Shown one piece after another: positions 24,151 to 35,689 of a stretch of DNA of 64,000 bases (the first letter of the stretch is position 1; each line of letters starts with the position of its first letter). The stretch comes from the human T2T-CHM13v2.0 reference genome, Homo sapiens, in the NCBI RefSeq assembly GCF_009914755.1, contig NC_060941.1. One strand, written 5' to 3'. The notes beneath the pieces are model-generated. The model worked only from the letters and a program-made list of their open reading frames with translations, was not told the origin of the DNA and did not search any database. Both the position numbers and the translations under genes were made by a program.

Positions 24151-25588
24151 CTAATGATAAAAATGCCCTGCATTCTCCAATAATTAAGACTTGTTCAGTT
24201 CTGACCTCCTAGGGTTCTTGAATTCTAAGCATCCATTGTGTCACAATGCAGATTCATCTGAACACAAACTGTCATAGGCCCTGGGTTGGAGAAGTCAAAA
24301 CAAAGGTCACCATGTTGTTCTGAGCCTAAGGGGTCTTTGTGAGATCTTGCACTACAAACTGCAGCCAAGGGGATCCCGAATGGGCAAGACTTGATCCTCA
24401 TACTGGTGAAACCTCCTGAGTCCCCAGGGACCCTGTCAGACCAGGCTCCAGCCTCCCTGCGGTCTCTGAGAGAGAATGTGGCTAGTTCTGCCCCACGGCT
24501 CCCTGGCAGGTACCACGGGCATCAGGTGTAATGAGAAGTGACAGGCGCAATTGCTGGGGGAACATCCCAGCTTAGAGCTGAAGTTGCCCAGAGTAGCTGG
24601 AGGGCTTTTCCAGCTGTCAAGAGGGTCCCCAAACACTTGGAGGCTGCAGTCAGTCTGGTTTTCAGCATTAGCATCTCATTAGCATGGGCTGAGGCCAACC
24701 TGGGGCCCGGTCAACAGCCCAGCTTTGTGTGGAGGGAGGGGAAACCAAGAACCCAGGTGGACAGAGGGGAGGAGTTTAGCAGTCTCACCTTGCTCCCTCA
24801 TCCAGTCTAGCGGTCAGAAGTGGCCACGCAGAACCCAACATTCAGCCTGGGTGCAGACACTGCCTCTAGCCTCCTCCCCAAGCACTCTCCTAGTAAGGTA
24901 AGAGAATAAACTGAAGTCCCTAGAGGCCAAGGGTCTCACCTAAGTGGTCATATCCTACAGTTTTAAGTCTGGAGCATTTCTCCTTATAGTTTCTCTGTCT
25001 AGAATGTTCTTCCCCCATTTCTTCAGCTAAATCCTACTGCTCCTTTAATATCTGGTCGTAGTTTTGCTGCCTTTCGAAGTCAGTTGACTCTAACTAGGTC
25101 ACCCCATTTCTGGACAGCATGGGTACAATATCACTCACCTGATAGAAAGAACATGAGGCTGTGAAAAGTTTTTGCATACATTCAGGAGGGATTTTCAGCC
25201 ATGCCCACCCATCCTCTTTGGGCTTATTGACTCTTCCCTGCCAGAAGGAAAGGCAGTTAGGGAGCTGTAGTCACCAAACATAGGAGGAGAGGACCTAAGT
25301 GCCCACCCCACCTCCATTCAAAATGTACCTGGGCCACTTCTCGCCAAGTGCCCAGGGAAGGAAGGTTGGTCAGCTGGTGCAGAGAGGTGTATATTGGACA
25401 ACAGCAGGGCATAGCTGGAAGGAGGGGACCTGGGTTCAAAACAGATTTTGTGACTGCTGCCATAGAACCTCAGCTAGTTCCTTCCTGAGCTAGTCCCTCA
25501 GCTTCTTTGACCATGGAAAGAGGCGCCAGATGTGACATTCTCTTGGGGGTCTTCCTGCTATGACAGTCTGTGACATGGGGCTGGCTGG

Positions 25589-25598
25589 CTTTCTTTCC

Positions 25599-25664
<66 letters not shown>

Positions 25665-25724
25665 CTCTTTCTTTCTCTCTTTCTTTCTTTCTCTCTTTCT
25701 TTCTTTCTTCTTTTTTTTTTTTTT
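25589..25724. repeat. (TTTC)n / (TC)n / poly-T microsatellite derived from the Alu tail
   Basis: About 136 nt pyrimidine-only, abutting the minus-strand Alu. Confidence 0.97.
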
Positions 25725-26006
25725 CAAGACAGGGTTTCTCTCTGTTACCCAGGCTGGGGTGCAGTGGTATGGACACAGCTCACTGCAGCGTTGACCTCCT
25801 GGGCTCAAGCAATCCTCCCACCTCAGCCTCCTGTGTAACTCAAACTATAAGCACACACCACCACGCCTGTCTAATTTTTGTATTTTTTGTAGAGACAGGG
25901 TGTCACCTCTTGCCCAGGCTGATCTCAAACTCCTGGGCTCGAGTGATCTACCTACCTCAGCCTCCCAAAGTGTTGGGATTACAGGCGCAAGCCACTGCAC
26001 CTGGCT
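25725..26006 (-). mobile_element. AluJ SINE
   Basis: Full dimer. J-type positions tcactgcagc...cctcctgggctcaagcaatcctcccacctcagcc. Confidence 0.96.
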
Positions 26007-27039
26007 GAGACTTCTTGATACCCATTTCCGCTGATATTGAGATGCCCACAGCTGATAGGTCTCTGTCTCCATCGTCCTGTTTCCAGGCAAAACAGCCCTT
26101 GAGAGATTGCAGAAAGCCATCAACCTTGAAGATAACAGGAGCCCTCCCAAGGAAATGTGTTCAGGAGACCTTCTAAGACCATGCCATTTCCTGGGTCCCT
26201 CTCCCAGTGGGGAAATTCTCCCAGTAGCAGATTCTGGCAGACAGCAGAGACACACTCTATGCCCAACACTAGGCACCGGATGGATGAGATAATCATAAAT
26301 CCACAAACTGCAACAAGATAAAATTATCATTAGATGAAGTTAAATTATTAATTAGCACCTCCAAAAAAAAGACCGGCACCACCTGGGCTTGAATCTTGGA
26401 AGCTGTCTTTCTGAAAGCAAGAGAAACATCAAAATAGTTTATCGATGCTCTGTGGTGTGGGTATAGCCTATGGTTCCCAGAAGCCTGATGGTCAGAGGTC
26501 CCACCAGGCAGGCCTGCCCCGCCTGCCCTCTTCTTGCAGTGTTGCCAGAAATAGCCAGTTTGGATAATGTTACTAGGGAAAGGGAAGCAACTAATGTGAC
26601 CCATTTTTATGACTGGAGAAACTGAGGCAAAGGACGAGGCAGAAAGGCCACAGAAGATGGCTCAGGGTGGGCTGAAGAATTTGTGTACTGGGTTGGGAAG
26701 GGGTAGGTCCTCAGATTGCCTGATTATCTAAGGACTAAGGAACACTCATTCGTTCAGTGCACTGCTATTTTGTGCTTACTATGTGCCAGGCACCCGGAAT
26801 ACAGAGGAAAAAGCCATAATTCCTTGTCCTTAAGCACAATGTCTGATGGGCTAGTCTGATGAATCAGCTGTTTCTCCTCTCTGCCTCCCCAGCCTCAAGT
26901 CCTAGGACTTAGCCTCTTTATCATCAGCCTTGTTTCCATCATTGTCATCATCATCCACTACCACCACCACCAACTCCTACAACCCATATTTATTCATTGA
27001 ATCCTGGAACCACAGCAGCTAATGATGGGGGAGGAGGCT

Positions 27040-27175
27040 TTAAAGACCATCTTTCTAGCCAGAACATCAATCCTTGCTACAGAATTCCGTGTGAATTGTG
27101 ATCCAGTAGAACACTCCCAGCAATAAGCAGCTTACTCACTGCCTCATAAATCAGCCCATTGCATCTCTGGAGAGC
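27040..27175 (-). mobile_element. L3/CR1 fragment
   Basis: gaacactcccagc...ctcactgcctc...cagcccattgcatctctggagagc. Confidence 0.45.
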
Positions 27176-27394
27176 AATTCCTCACTCATTCATTTATTCA
27201 TTCATTCAACAAGCATTTACCAAGCATCTACTAGGAGCCACCTCAGTACTAGTTCTTGGAGGTACCTAGTAAAATGTGATCCAGTACCTTCTTTAAAAAT
27301 CTCCCAGGATGATGAGAAAGGCAAACAACCAACCAAGCAATGACAATCCAGTGTGGTCTGGAGGTTGAGCACTCATTCCACCCCAGCACTGTAG

Positions 27395-27580
27395 ACGTCT
27401 GATCTCCATTGCTCTGTGCACAGCAGCCCTGTGAGGCAGAAGCCATCGCTCTCCCCATCTTACAGGTGAAGAACCTTCAGCACAGGAAGATTAAGTAACT
27501 TGCCCAAGCTTAGTCAGCTGTAAAGTAGAAGGGTCAGGATTTACACCTAAGCTGTCTGACTCCAGAGTTTTGTCCTCTGC
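27395..27580 (-). mobile_element. MIR SINE
   Basis: cagcagccctgtgaggcag...cccatcttacaggtgaaga ... ttaagtaacttgcccaag ... tctgactccagag. Confidence 0.85.
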
Positions 27581-29134
27581 CCCTTATATGAAATGTGTCA
27601 TCCTCTTGTTGATTGATGTAGGCCAGCCTGCCAATCAGCCCGCTGTCCTGAGCACCGATGGTATGCTCTGTGCAGGTCTCTGCGCTTGAAGGTTGGGGAG
27701 CTCTCACCCCGAGGCATCCTCTGCTCCCCTGGGCTCACAATGGGCAGATCACTCTGGATCCAACAGGACGTGGGTGTCAGCTTGAATGGAGATGAAGACA
27801 GAGACAACTCTGTGTTCCACATGCTTCCTCCACGTGCCCTCCAAATGGCACAGACCGCATGGCCCAAACTCTCCTCCAGCCCCAATATCTACCCTGGCTC
27901 CAGCCAAATGAGGCCTGAATAATTCATGGCCAATGCGCATGGCCCAGTCGTGGAGCAGCTTTCTGGTGGCTAAATTGGAGAGCAGGGTGGAGGCCAGGGC
28001 AGCTGGACCTGGGAGGGGGCTGTGGTGGGGTTTTGAGAGCCACTAACAGCCAGGAAGGGAAGAGTAAACAAGGTCTGATGAATTATTCAGCCAGGCAGCT
28101 GCTGATGCAGCCCGGGGGTGGCATGACAATGTGCTAAGTGGGACGTCACCACTCACCAGGGGCCAGCCTGGCATGTCCAGTGTGGCCAGGCTCTGACCAG
28201 AGCCCAGAGGGCAAGAGGAAACTGGAGAAAGCACAGTCACAGCCCCTACCTGGGAGAGTGGCAGGGACCAGATGGCGGCCAGAGCCAAACCAAACCTGCA
28301 TCCTGGTCATGGGTCTGCTGAAAGTACAGGCGGGGGTAACATGGGACTGGAAAAGGGTGGACTCTAGCTGAGTTCCAAGCATAATCAAAGCAGTGTGCTC
28401 TCGAGAACCATTTAACCTCAGTTTTCTCAACTAGCAAATGGAAAGCATGAGCTGGGTTGGGGTAAAACCTCAAATGCTACCAGATGGTTGGAATAATTGC
28501 TTTGCCACAACCTGAACCCCACAATCCTGGCACAGCACTGAGTCCTTTCCTGAGCACGTGGTGGTGAATAGTACTCCGTTCACCCTACTTCCCATCCCTG
28601 GAGCCTGCCAACTCTCTGGGACCCCAGAAACATCTTTCATCCCTCCCTGCTGTCGTCTCACCCACTTCACTTCGCCGGATCTCCTGGGAGAGGGAACTCC
28701 GCCAGTGACCCCTGATATAAGCGTTTGCTCAGGGAGGACGCTGAAATGTCTGCAAGTTCTCCACAGAGCCATGGCTTCATGCCCCCATTGTCAGCAGCAC
28801 AGGCAAGAGGCATAAAACTGGCCGGCAGAGACCTGCTTTCCCCCCAGTGATTGCTGTGTGACCCTGCACCAGCCCCGTTCTCTCTCTGGACCTCTGGACC
28901 TGGGGGTGTGGGGCTACACAAGAAGGTCCCTCAGGTTCCTCTGGCTCTGACCTCAATGAAAATAAGATAGATGGGAGAGAAGGGCTGGATGACTGTTCCC
29001 CCCGGCAGGGCTCCTGGGGCAGGAGGTGGGAGGAGCCAGACTTTTCTGGAATCCACGGAGTAGGGGTCAGGCCTTCCTTCACAAGGTTCTAGCCCTTTGG
29101 TTTCTGTTTTCCACTGAAAGTCCCCATGCTCTAA

Positions 29135-29370
29135 TGATAACAGAAAAACAGTAACTACCAACAGTAAGGGCTCCACAGGCCCACACTATCATGGCATGGG
29201 GCTCACAGCCTCACAAGGCAGGGTCGTGAGCATGGTTGTGATTCCAAGTATAAAGATGCAGCAGCAGCAGCAGCTCAGCTCAGAGAAGTTAAGTGCTTGG
29301 TCCAAGGCCACACAGCCAGCAATGAGCAGAGCCCGTTCCAGAATCCCAGACCAGACCTGCAGTCTCCATC
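29135..29370 (-). mobile_element. MIR SINE with short (CAG)n
   Basis: gctcagagaagttaagtgcttggtccaaggccacacagc. Confidence 0.65.
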
Positions 29371-29489
29371 ATTCATGTGCGACGCTGGCTTCCAAAGTAG
29401 GACCACACCAAATCCTCCAGCCTGCTCCCCAGCACGGCTCCCGGAGGCTGGGAGGCTGCACAGGGACTCAGCAGGTCATTAGTCATTTG

Positions 29490-29640
29490 GTAAACTTGAC
29501 AAGGATCAAGTCCTGGCTCTGCCACTCACCAGCTGTGTGCCCTTGAGCAAGACTCTCACCCACTCTGAAAGGCAGTCTGCGTCCCTGGAATGGTGGGGTA
29601 ATCATGCTAATCCCAGCCCCGTGCTGCAGTGGGGCTCTGA
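29490..29640 (+). mobile_element. MIR SINE
   Basis: tcaagtcctggctctgccactcaccagctgtgtgcccttgagcaag. Confidence 0.8.
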
Positions 29641-30784
29641 CAGGACTGCCCTCTGAGCTCACCCTCTAGGTGGCTTGGGCAGCTCAAGGCCAGACTGGCT
29701 GAGCTGCATCCTGGGTAAGGAGACAAGGGAAGAAGAAGGAGGGCATGCTGGGTGGGAGCCTGGAACAGCTCCCTAAGTGCTCAGTAATAAGTAAGTGATA
29801 TTGGCCACACCTAATGCTTCCACAGTGCCTGCCAGGCAGAGTGGGAGGGGTGGCTAATGGGGAGGTTTATTATAGGCCCGGCCACCTTTGGGTCTTACTC
29901 ACATGTCGACCCTCATGCACCCTTAATAGGTTCATGGGTGGCAGGCTGACTCTAAGGGCACAGGGCCTCCTCCAGAGCTAGAGGGCCAGTACCCAGCAAT
30001 GTTGACCCCCTGGGGGAGGTTCCTAGGAGCAAATGGCACCAGATCGGCACGGGCTAAGGCATCTCATATTCTTCCAGTCATGGTAATGAGGGAGAGAGAA
30101 GGGGAGTCTGGATGCCTGGGTTCTCAGCCACCCTCTCAGCAGTGCTCCTTATGCCCAAGGCCTCAGTTTACCTGCCTATAAATCAGAGATAATCCTGGAG
30201 TTTGGGAAGCCATGGTCCAAATGAAGGGCTGTTGGTTTCTCCACCAGAGGAGGCTGGTAACATGCCCCAGGAACTGAGACTTCCTCAGTTGGGGAAGAGC
30301 AAAGCTGCAACAGCCCCTAGACACCATCTGCCTCCTTCAGTTGTACAGCAGGGCAAATTGAGGCCTATGGCATCCCCTGTCAGCCTGCTGGGGCTTTGCA
30401 GACGCAGACGGGAAGGCTCTGCCTCGTGAACTAAAGCTCACCTTGGAAGGGGTTCCCGGAGCCTTGAGGAGCTGGAGCACACTAGGCTGTGTGTGGCCAG
30501 CTGTGTGACCTTCAGGAGGCTCTGCCTCTCTGTGCTCCTGTGTCCCCGTCTACCCCATTTATCGCAAGCAGAATCATCACACCTCAGTTTGGTGTTCCCA
30601 TTGGCCATCTTCAAAGGTGCCAGAGGCATGCACTAAGAACCCTAAACAGAATGGCCTTGGCTGGGCCACCACCTCACACGAGAGGCAGATGAAGAGCTCA
30701 TCACGTGGCCCCCACTTTCCTGTCCATAAGCGAGGGTATGGGGCTTTTGAAGCTCCTCTCTTGTCTAAGAGTCTATGGCCAGAA

Positions 30785-31700
30785 ATAATCTGGTGGTTCC
30801 TCAAATAAATTAAAAACAGATTACCATACAAATCAGCAATTCCACTTCTGGGTATACACCCAGAAAAACTGAATGCAGGGACTTGAACAGGTATTTGTAT
30901 ACTCATGTTCATTGCATCGGGATCTGCAATAGCCAAAAGGTGGAAGCAACTCAAGTGTCCATCAGCAGATAATGGGATAAACAAAACGTGGTAGATACGT
31001 ACAATGGAATATTATTCAGCTGCAAAAAGAAAATAAATTTTGACACATGGATGAAACTTGAAAATGATACACTAAGTGAGTAAGCCAGTCACAAAAAAGG
31101 CAAATGCCATATGATTCCACTTAGAAGAGGGCACGTAGAGTAGTTTAACTCATAGAGACAGAAAATAGAATGGTGGTTGCCAGGGTTTGGAGGGAAGAGG
31201 AAGTGGGGAGCTGTTAGATGAGTAGAGTTTCAGTTGCGCAAGATGAAAAAATTCTGGAGATTGGTTACACAACCGTGTGAATATATTTAACACTACTGAG
31301 GTGTGCACTTACAAATGGTTAAGGCTGGGTGTGGTGGCTCACGCCTATAATCCCAGCACTTTGGGAGACTGAGGTGGCAGGATTGCTTGAGTCTAGGAGT
31401 TCGAGACCAGCCTGGCGGACATGGCGAAACCCCATCTCTAGAAAAAATACAAAAGTTACCCAGGTGTGGTGGTGTGGTGCCTGTAGTCCCAGCTACTCCG
31501 GGGGCTGAGGAAGGAGGATCCCTTTACCCAGGAGGTTGAGGCAGCAGTGAGCTGTGACTGTGCCACTGCACTTTAACTTGGGCAACAGAGCCAGACCCTG
31601 TATCAAAAAGGTAAAAAAAAAAAAAAAAAAAAAAGGTTAAGAAGGTAAGATGGTAAAATTTATTTATGTGTATTTTGTCACAATTTAACTTAAAAAAAAA
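30785..31700 (+). mobile_element. L1 (L1MB-like) 3' end, split by an AluJ
   Basis: cagcaattccacttctgggtatacacccag, atgttcattgca...caatagccaaaaggtggaagcaac, acaatggaatattattcagc, agacagaaaatagaatggtggttgccagg. Confidence 0.92.
31323..31633 (+). mobile_element. AluJ SINE inserted in L1
   Basis: Full dimer plus poly-A. Flanks aaatggttaa (left) and aaaggttaa (right) are a probable TSD. Confidence 0.96.
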
Positions 31701-32139
31701 CAGAAAGAGAGCCTATGTCCAGGAGCTCAATGCGGAGGTCTGCTACATCTTGCATTTCAAGTATATTTCCTAAAAAAAAAAGAGAAAAAGACACCAAGGA
31801 GACTTGCTCTTTGAATGAAATTGTTGTACAGCCTTTTGTGGCATGAAGAATTCTGTGAGTAAGAAAAGCATCCTCATCCAGCCTGTCTGTGTCAGTTAGA
31901 GACTAGCACGTTTTGCAAAAACAGCACATTTTCTCCTCATGATGCGATAAGCATCGAGCTGGCACCCTACCTGCTAGTGTGAGGCTGGCGCATGAAGCAC
32001 TCCTGCTGGGAGAGTAACAGCCTTGGTACTCAAGGCCCTCTGTGGTCTGCACCATGAATCCTGGGCAGACGTCACCCTCTACCCACCCCAGACCTGCATG
32101 TGTCACCCCTTGGAAGCCGCCCCGAGACCCCCGCAGAGC

Positions 32140-32370
32140 CAGCTTCTGTTCCCTCTGCCACTTCACAGCCTCTGCTCCCTTGGTTTCTTGGTTAATCCTC
32201 AAGGTTCCCGCCTCTGCCTCCCCAACCAGATTGCAAGCTCCTTCAGTGAGGGTCTATGCCCTATTCAAGTTGTCATAGCCCCTCTCCTCACTTCCATTTC
32301 AGCATGTCACACAGTAGGGTCATGTGTGTAACTACCTCAAAACGTCTGTGAAAACAAGGAATAATCCTGC
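32140..32370 (+). mobile_element. L2 3' fragment
   Basis: ctgcctccccaaccagattgcaagctccttcagtgaggg...tcagcatgtcacacagtagg. Confidence 0.6.
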
Positions 32371-32589
32371 AATGAATGTCTTCATTATCTACCCAGATTG
32401 ACAAATTAAGTCCAAATTAAGGCCCCAGCTGTACCACTATGGACAGGGGAATATTTGCTATATCTCTTAATTAGAATTATAGGTGTAGGGAGTACTTGCT
32501 AAGGCCCAAACATTGACTAGGTGCTTTCCATTCTAATCTTTTAAAGTCCTTCCAAGAGCCTTTGGAAGGTGTGCCTTTGGCACCGACTG

Positions 32590-32700
32590 TGCCTGTTTTA
32601 CAGATGAGGACGTTGAGGTTCTGAGAGGTTAAAGACCTTGCCCAGGGTCTCCCAGCTAGTGACTGGCAAGCTGAAATTGAACCCAGGAGTGCCTATTTTC
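32590..32700 (-). mobile_element. MIR SINE
   Basis: ttttacagatgaggacgttgaggttctgagaggttaaagaccttgcccagggtc. Confidence 0.85.
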
Positions 32701-32759
32701 ACGACAGGTGCTGTGTGAGCTGGTTGCCTCCTGAGCTGCTCCCTGTAGCACTAAGGGGC

Positions 32760-33090
32760 TCAGCCACAGCCACAGCCACCACCACCGCCCAGAGCTGAAG
32801 GCTGAGCTGGGCGCTGCAGCTTCACTTGGCGCCGCCCTCCCTACAGCCTGGGAGATGAGTGGCCCTGCGCTGCCTCCCCTGGTTAGCGCCCTGATGGCTG
32901 ACTGATTGGCTGCGTGGAGCTCACAGCTGCTGCTGCTGCTGCCGCTGCCTCGACAATTCTTTGAATTAGCTCCATGGCTCACTGACCTGTTGGAAAAGTA
33001 AATGCAAACTGCAGAAGAAGGGGAAGAAAACACTCTCCTGCAACTGCCGCTCCTCCCACTGCCCCAGCAAAGCCGCTGTTTGGGCAAAGG
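32760..33090. promoter_or_regulatory. Candidate promoter/enhancer (GC boxes, NF-Y CCAAT box, (GCT)n)
   Basis: Repeat-free and locally CpG-enriched. CCGCCC at ~32785 and ~32832, CTGATTGGCT at 32902-32911, CAGCTG, then gctgctgctgctgccgctgcc. Confidence 0.5.
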
Positions 33091-33629
33091 TGTTCCCCAG
33101 AAAAGCCCCTAGGCAGGAGCAGGTAGAGCACAGGAGGTCCCCAGGTCTCAAGATGGGTTGGGTCCATGGAAGATCAGAGCTGGAGAGGTCTTGGGAGGTC
33201 TTCTGCTTGCGTCCCTCCAGGCGGGTCAGGAGGGCCGCACTGCAGGCATACACAGAGTTGCTGACTGGGCTTCTCCTGCAAGGGCTGACAGGGAGCACCA
33301 AGTCAGTAGGGAGTGGGGAGCAGCGGCCAGAAGGGGAGTGCTCACCTCTCACCTCAGTTTTGAATGTGGTGACAGCTGGGTCTCTCAGGGAAACTGAGGC
33401 AGGGCTACCTTCCCAAGTCTGGCACCTGATTCAATTCCTACCCAGCACAGAGCTTAGGGCAAAGACCCTGGAGAGACAAAAACTATGGGGCTGGATGCCT
33501 GCCCCTTGAGGGTGATGAAGCTGGGTACCAATGGCTGACATCCAAGGCGGAAGGAGAATGATCAATACCTTGTGTCTGACCAGACCTTGGACATTTACAA
33601 AGTTTCCATTAATCCCTAAACAATCCTGA

Positions 33630-34165
33630 GCTACAGCAACCAATACTTATTGTGCTCTAAGTGCAAGGCATTATTCTAAGAGTTCTACATGTATTATCAC
33701 ATTTAATCCACACAACACTGTGGGTTAGGTATAATTGCCAGCATCTCCATGTTACAGGTGGAAAAACTAAGGCACAGAAAGGTTAAGTAACTTTGCCAAG
33801 GTCAGAGCTAGATTGAGCCCAGGCAATCTAACTGAATCCAGGCGTACCATCACCCTGCTCCACTCTTTGCAGCTTCTGAATGATCATGGTGCTGGGCACT
33901 GGGCAAGTGTTTCTACTCATAACAGTGAGGAAACAGAGGCTCATTTAAAGAAACCACCTAAGACCACACAGCTAGTAAAAGGTAAAGGCAGGATTTGAAC
34001 CTAGGACTAGCTGACTCCAAGGTATGCCAACTTTTAAATGTCATGATTTTGCCCCTCTTTCAGATGAGGAAACTGAGGCTCCAAGTGATAACATGATTTA
34101 CCTACAGTCACACCCTGCAGCCAGGTAGAAGAGTTAAGATTTGAGCCCACATCCTTTTATTTCAA
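33630..34165 (-). mobile_element. Three adjacent MIR fragments
   Basis: Cores ttacaggtggaaaaactaaggcacaga (~33752), gtgaggaaacagaggctc (~33925) and cagatgaggaaactgaggct (~34061). Confidence 0.85.
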
Positions 34166-34228
34166 ATCCAAAAAACACACAAGTTCAGAGAGGAGAAATT
34201 CTATTCTACTGACAAATCAGGAAAGGCT
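34151..34228 (+). repeat. 78-bp direct repeat, copy A (copy B at 34942-35019)
   Basis: 70/78 identical, ungapped. Confidence 0.93.
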
Positions 34229-34404
34229 TTCTAAAGGGGACAGCATTAAAGGACCTTAAAGTAGGGCCAGGCAGAGGGGACCAGGTGAGCAAAGACACAG
34301 GTGCTAGGAATAAGAGCTGCAAGCAGCCAAGTCTGGAGGAAGGGCAGGACCTATGTAGAGGGATGGCCAAGGTAGGAGAGACTGGTGGATTTAAAGCCTT
34401 TACC

Positions 34405-34550
34405 ATTTGCCAGCCATGTGACCTTAGGCAGTTAATTTTACTACCCTATGCCTCAGTTTCCTTATGTAAAAATGGGGATGATAATAATACATACTTCGTA
34501 GAGGTCTAGGGAGGGTCATATAAAACATGAAGAAAGCACTTAAGCACCTC
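34405..34550 (+). mobile_element. MIR SINE
   Basis: gtgaccttaggcag...tgcctcagtttccttatgtaaaaatggggatgataata. Confidence 0.85.
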
Positions 34551-34614
34551 CTGTGTGCTGGTCCCAGGCTAGAGGCTTAATGGAATATCACTGATGTCAC
34601 ACAAATTCCTAAAA

Positions 34615-34740
34615 GTGAGTGTTATTAACCACATTTTACAGATGAGGAAACCAAGGCTCTAAAAGATCAAGTTCTCAGCTAAGGTCTCAGAACTCATAAA
34701 TAGTGGAGGTGGGATTTGAACTCACGCTGAAATCAGGAAG
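34615..34740 (-). mobile_element. MIR SINE
   Basis: cattttacagatgaggaaaccaaggctc ... gggatttgaactca. Confidence 0.8.
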
Positions 34741-34941
34741 AGGCTTGATCAATACATCAGGGAATGTGGGCCTTATTGACGGGAGCTTCTGGGCAGTGGG
34801 GAGTCCTTGGAGTTTGGAAGGTTGGGGGAAGTAAGTGTCCGTGGCCAATTCTCTCCCTGGCTCAGCAGTGAGGCTTTCCAAGCACCTGTCCCCACCTCCT
34901 CACCTGCCACTCTCAGTTGCTCATAGGGGTCACTTCTTCCT

Positions 34942-35019
34942 ATCCTTGGATTTCAAATCTAAAAAACACACAAGTTCAGAAAAGAGAAATTCCATTCTGT
35001 TGACAAATCAGGAAAGGCT
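34942..35019 (+). repeat. 78-bp direct repeat, copy B
   Basis: 70/78 identical to 34151-34228. Confidence 0.93.
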
Positions 35020-35332
35020 GCTTCTCGTGCTAAATAAACAAAAACAAAAATGTGGCTTAATTAAGACCATGGAAAGCAGGTGCTATCTCCTCTCAGTAGA
35101 GAGAGGACAGAGTAATCAGATCAAAATGTAGGCAGATGTTCAGAACTGGGCACAGTTCACCGCCTCAACCCCCATCCCCAAAAATCTGGCTCCTGGCTAT
35201 TGTCCCTCACCTGTCTGCCTGAGAGACGGGGAGAGATGAGGGGGTGCAGCCAGGGAGGAGAGTCCAACCTTGTGTGAAAACCCTTGCCTTGTTGCAGCTG
35301 ACACCCTCAGGAGGCTGCATTCCACCTGACTT

Positions 35333-35590
35333 GGTGGCTCAGGGCACAGGCTCTGAAGCTAGACTACCTGGATTTGAATTCTTGTCACGTGCCAGCTGTG
35401 TGACCTTAGGCAAGTAACTTAACTTCTCCATGCCTCAGTTTCTTCATCTGGAAGATGATTTGAACGAGGCTAACAGAGGTTGACCTCACAGAGGTTCCTC
35501 AATGGAACACGTGTTGAATGCTTAGAACTGCCTGCGAAATAGAATGAGCTACTGTGTATGTTAGCTATTATTATTACTATTATTATTAAT
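35333..35590 (+). mobile_element. Near full-length MIR SINE with (TTA)n tail
   Basis: Head, core gctgtgtgaccttaggcaagtaacttaac...gcctcagtttcttcatctg, and tail ttagctattattattac. Confidence 0.9.
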
Positions 35591-35689
35591 GGACAGATGG
35601 CCCACTCAAAATGGATAGAAGTCCTCAGTCTTCCCTGATCAGGCCCAGGTAGTTTTGTCTGTGGCTCATTTATAGCCCAGCTTTCCACT

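Noticed and set aside
25470-26008. K/E/R-rich and F/L/S-rich ORFs
   Set aside because: Translations of the (TTTC)n tail and AluJ.
32826-32900. CTCF motif in the GC-rich island
   Set aside because: Only partial matches; they need gaps or core mismatches.
34405-34740. Closely spaced inverted MIR pair as a functional hairpin
   Set aside because: Complementarity is limited to a short diverged core, which is expected given the MIR density.
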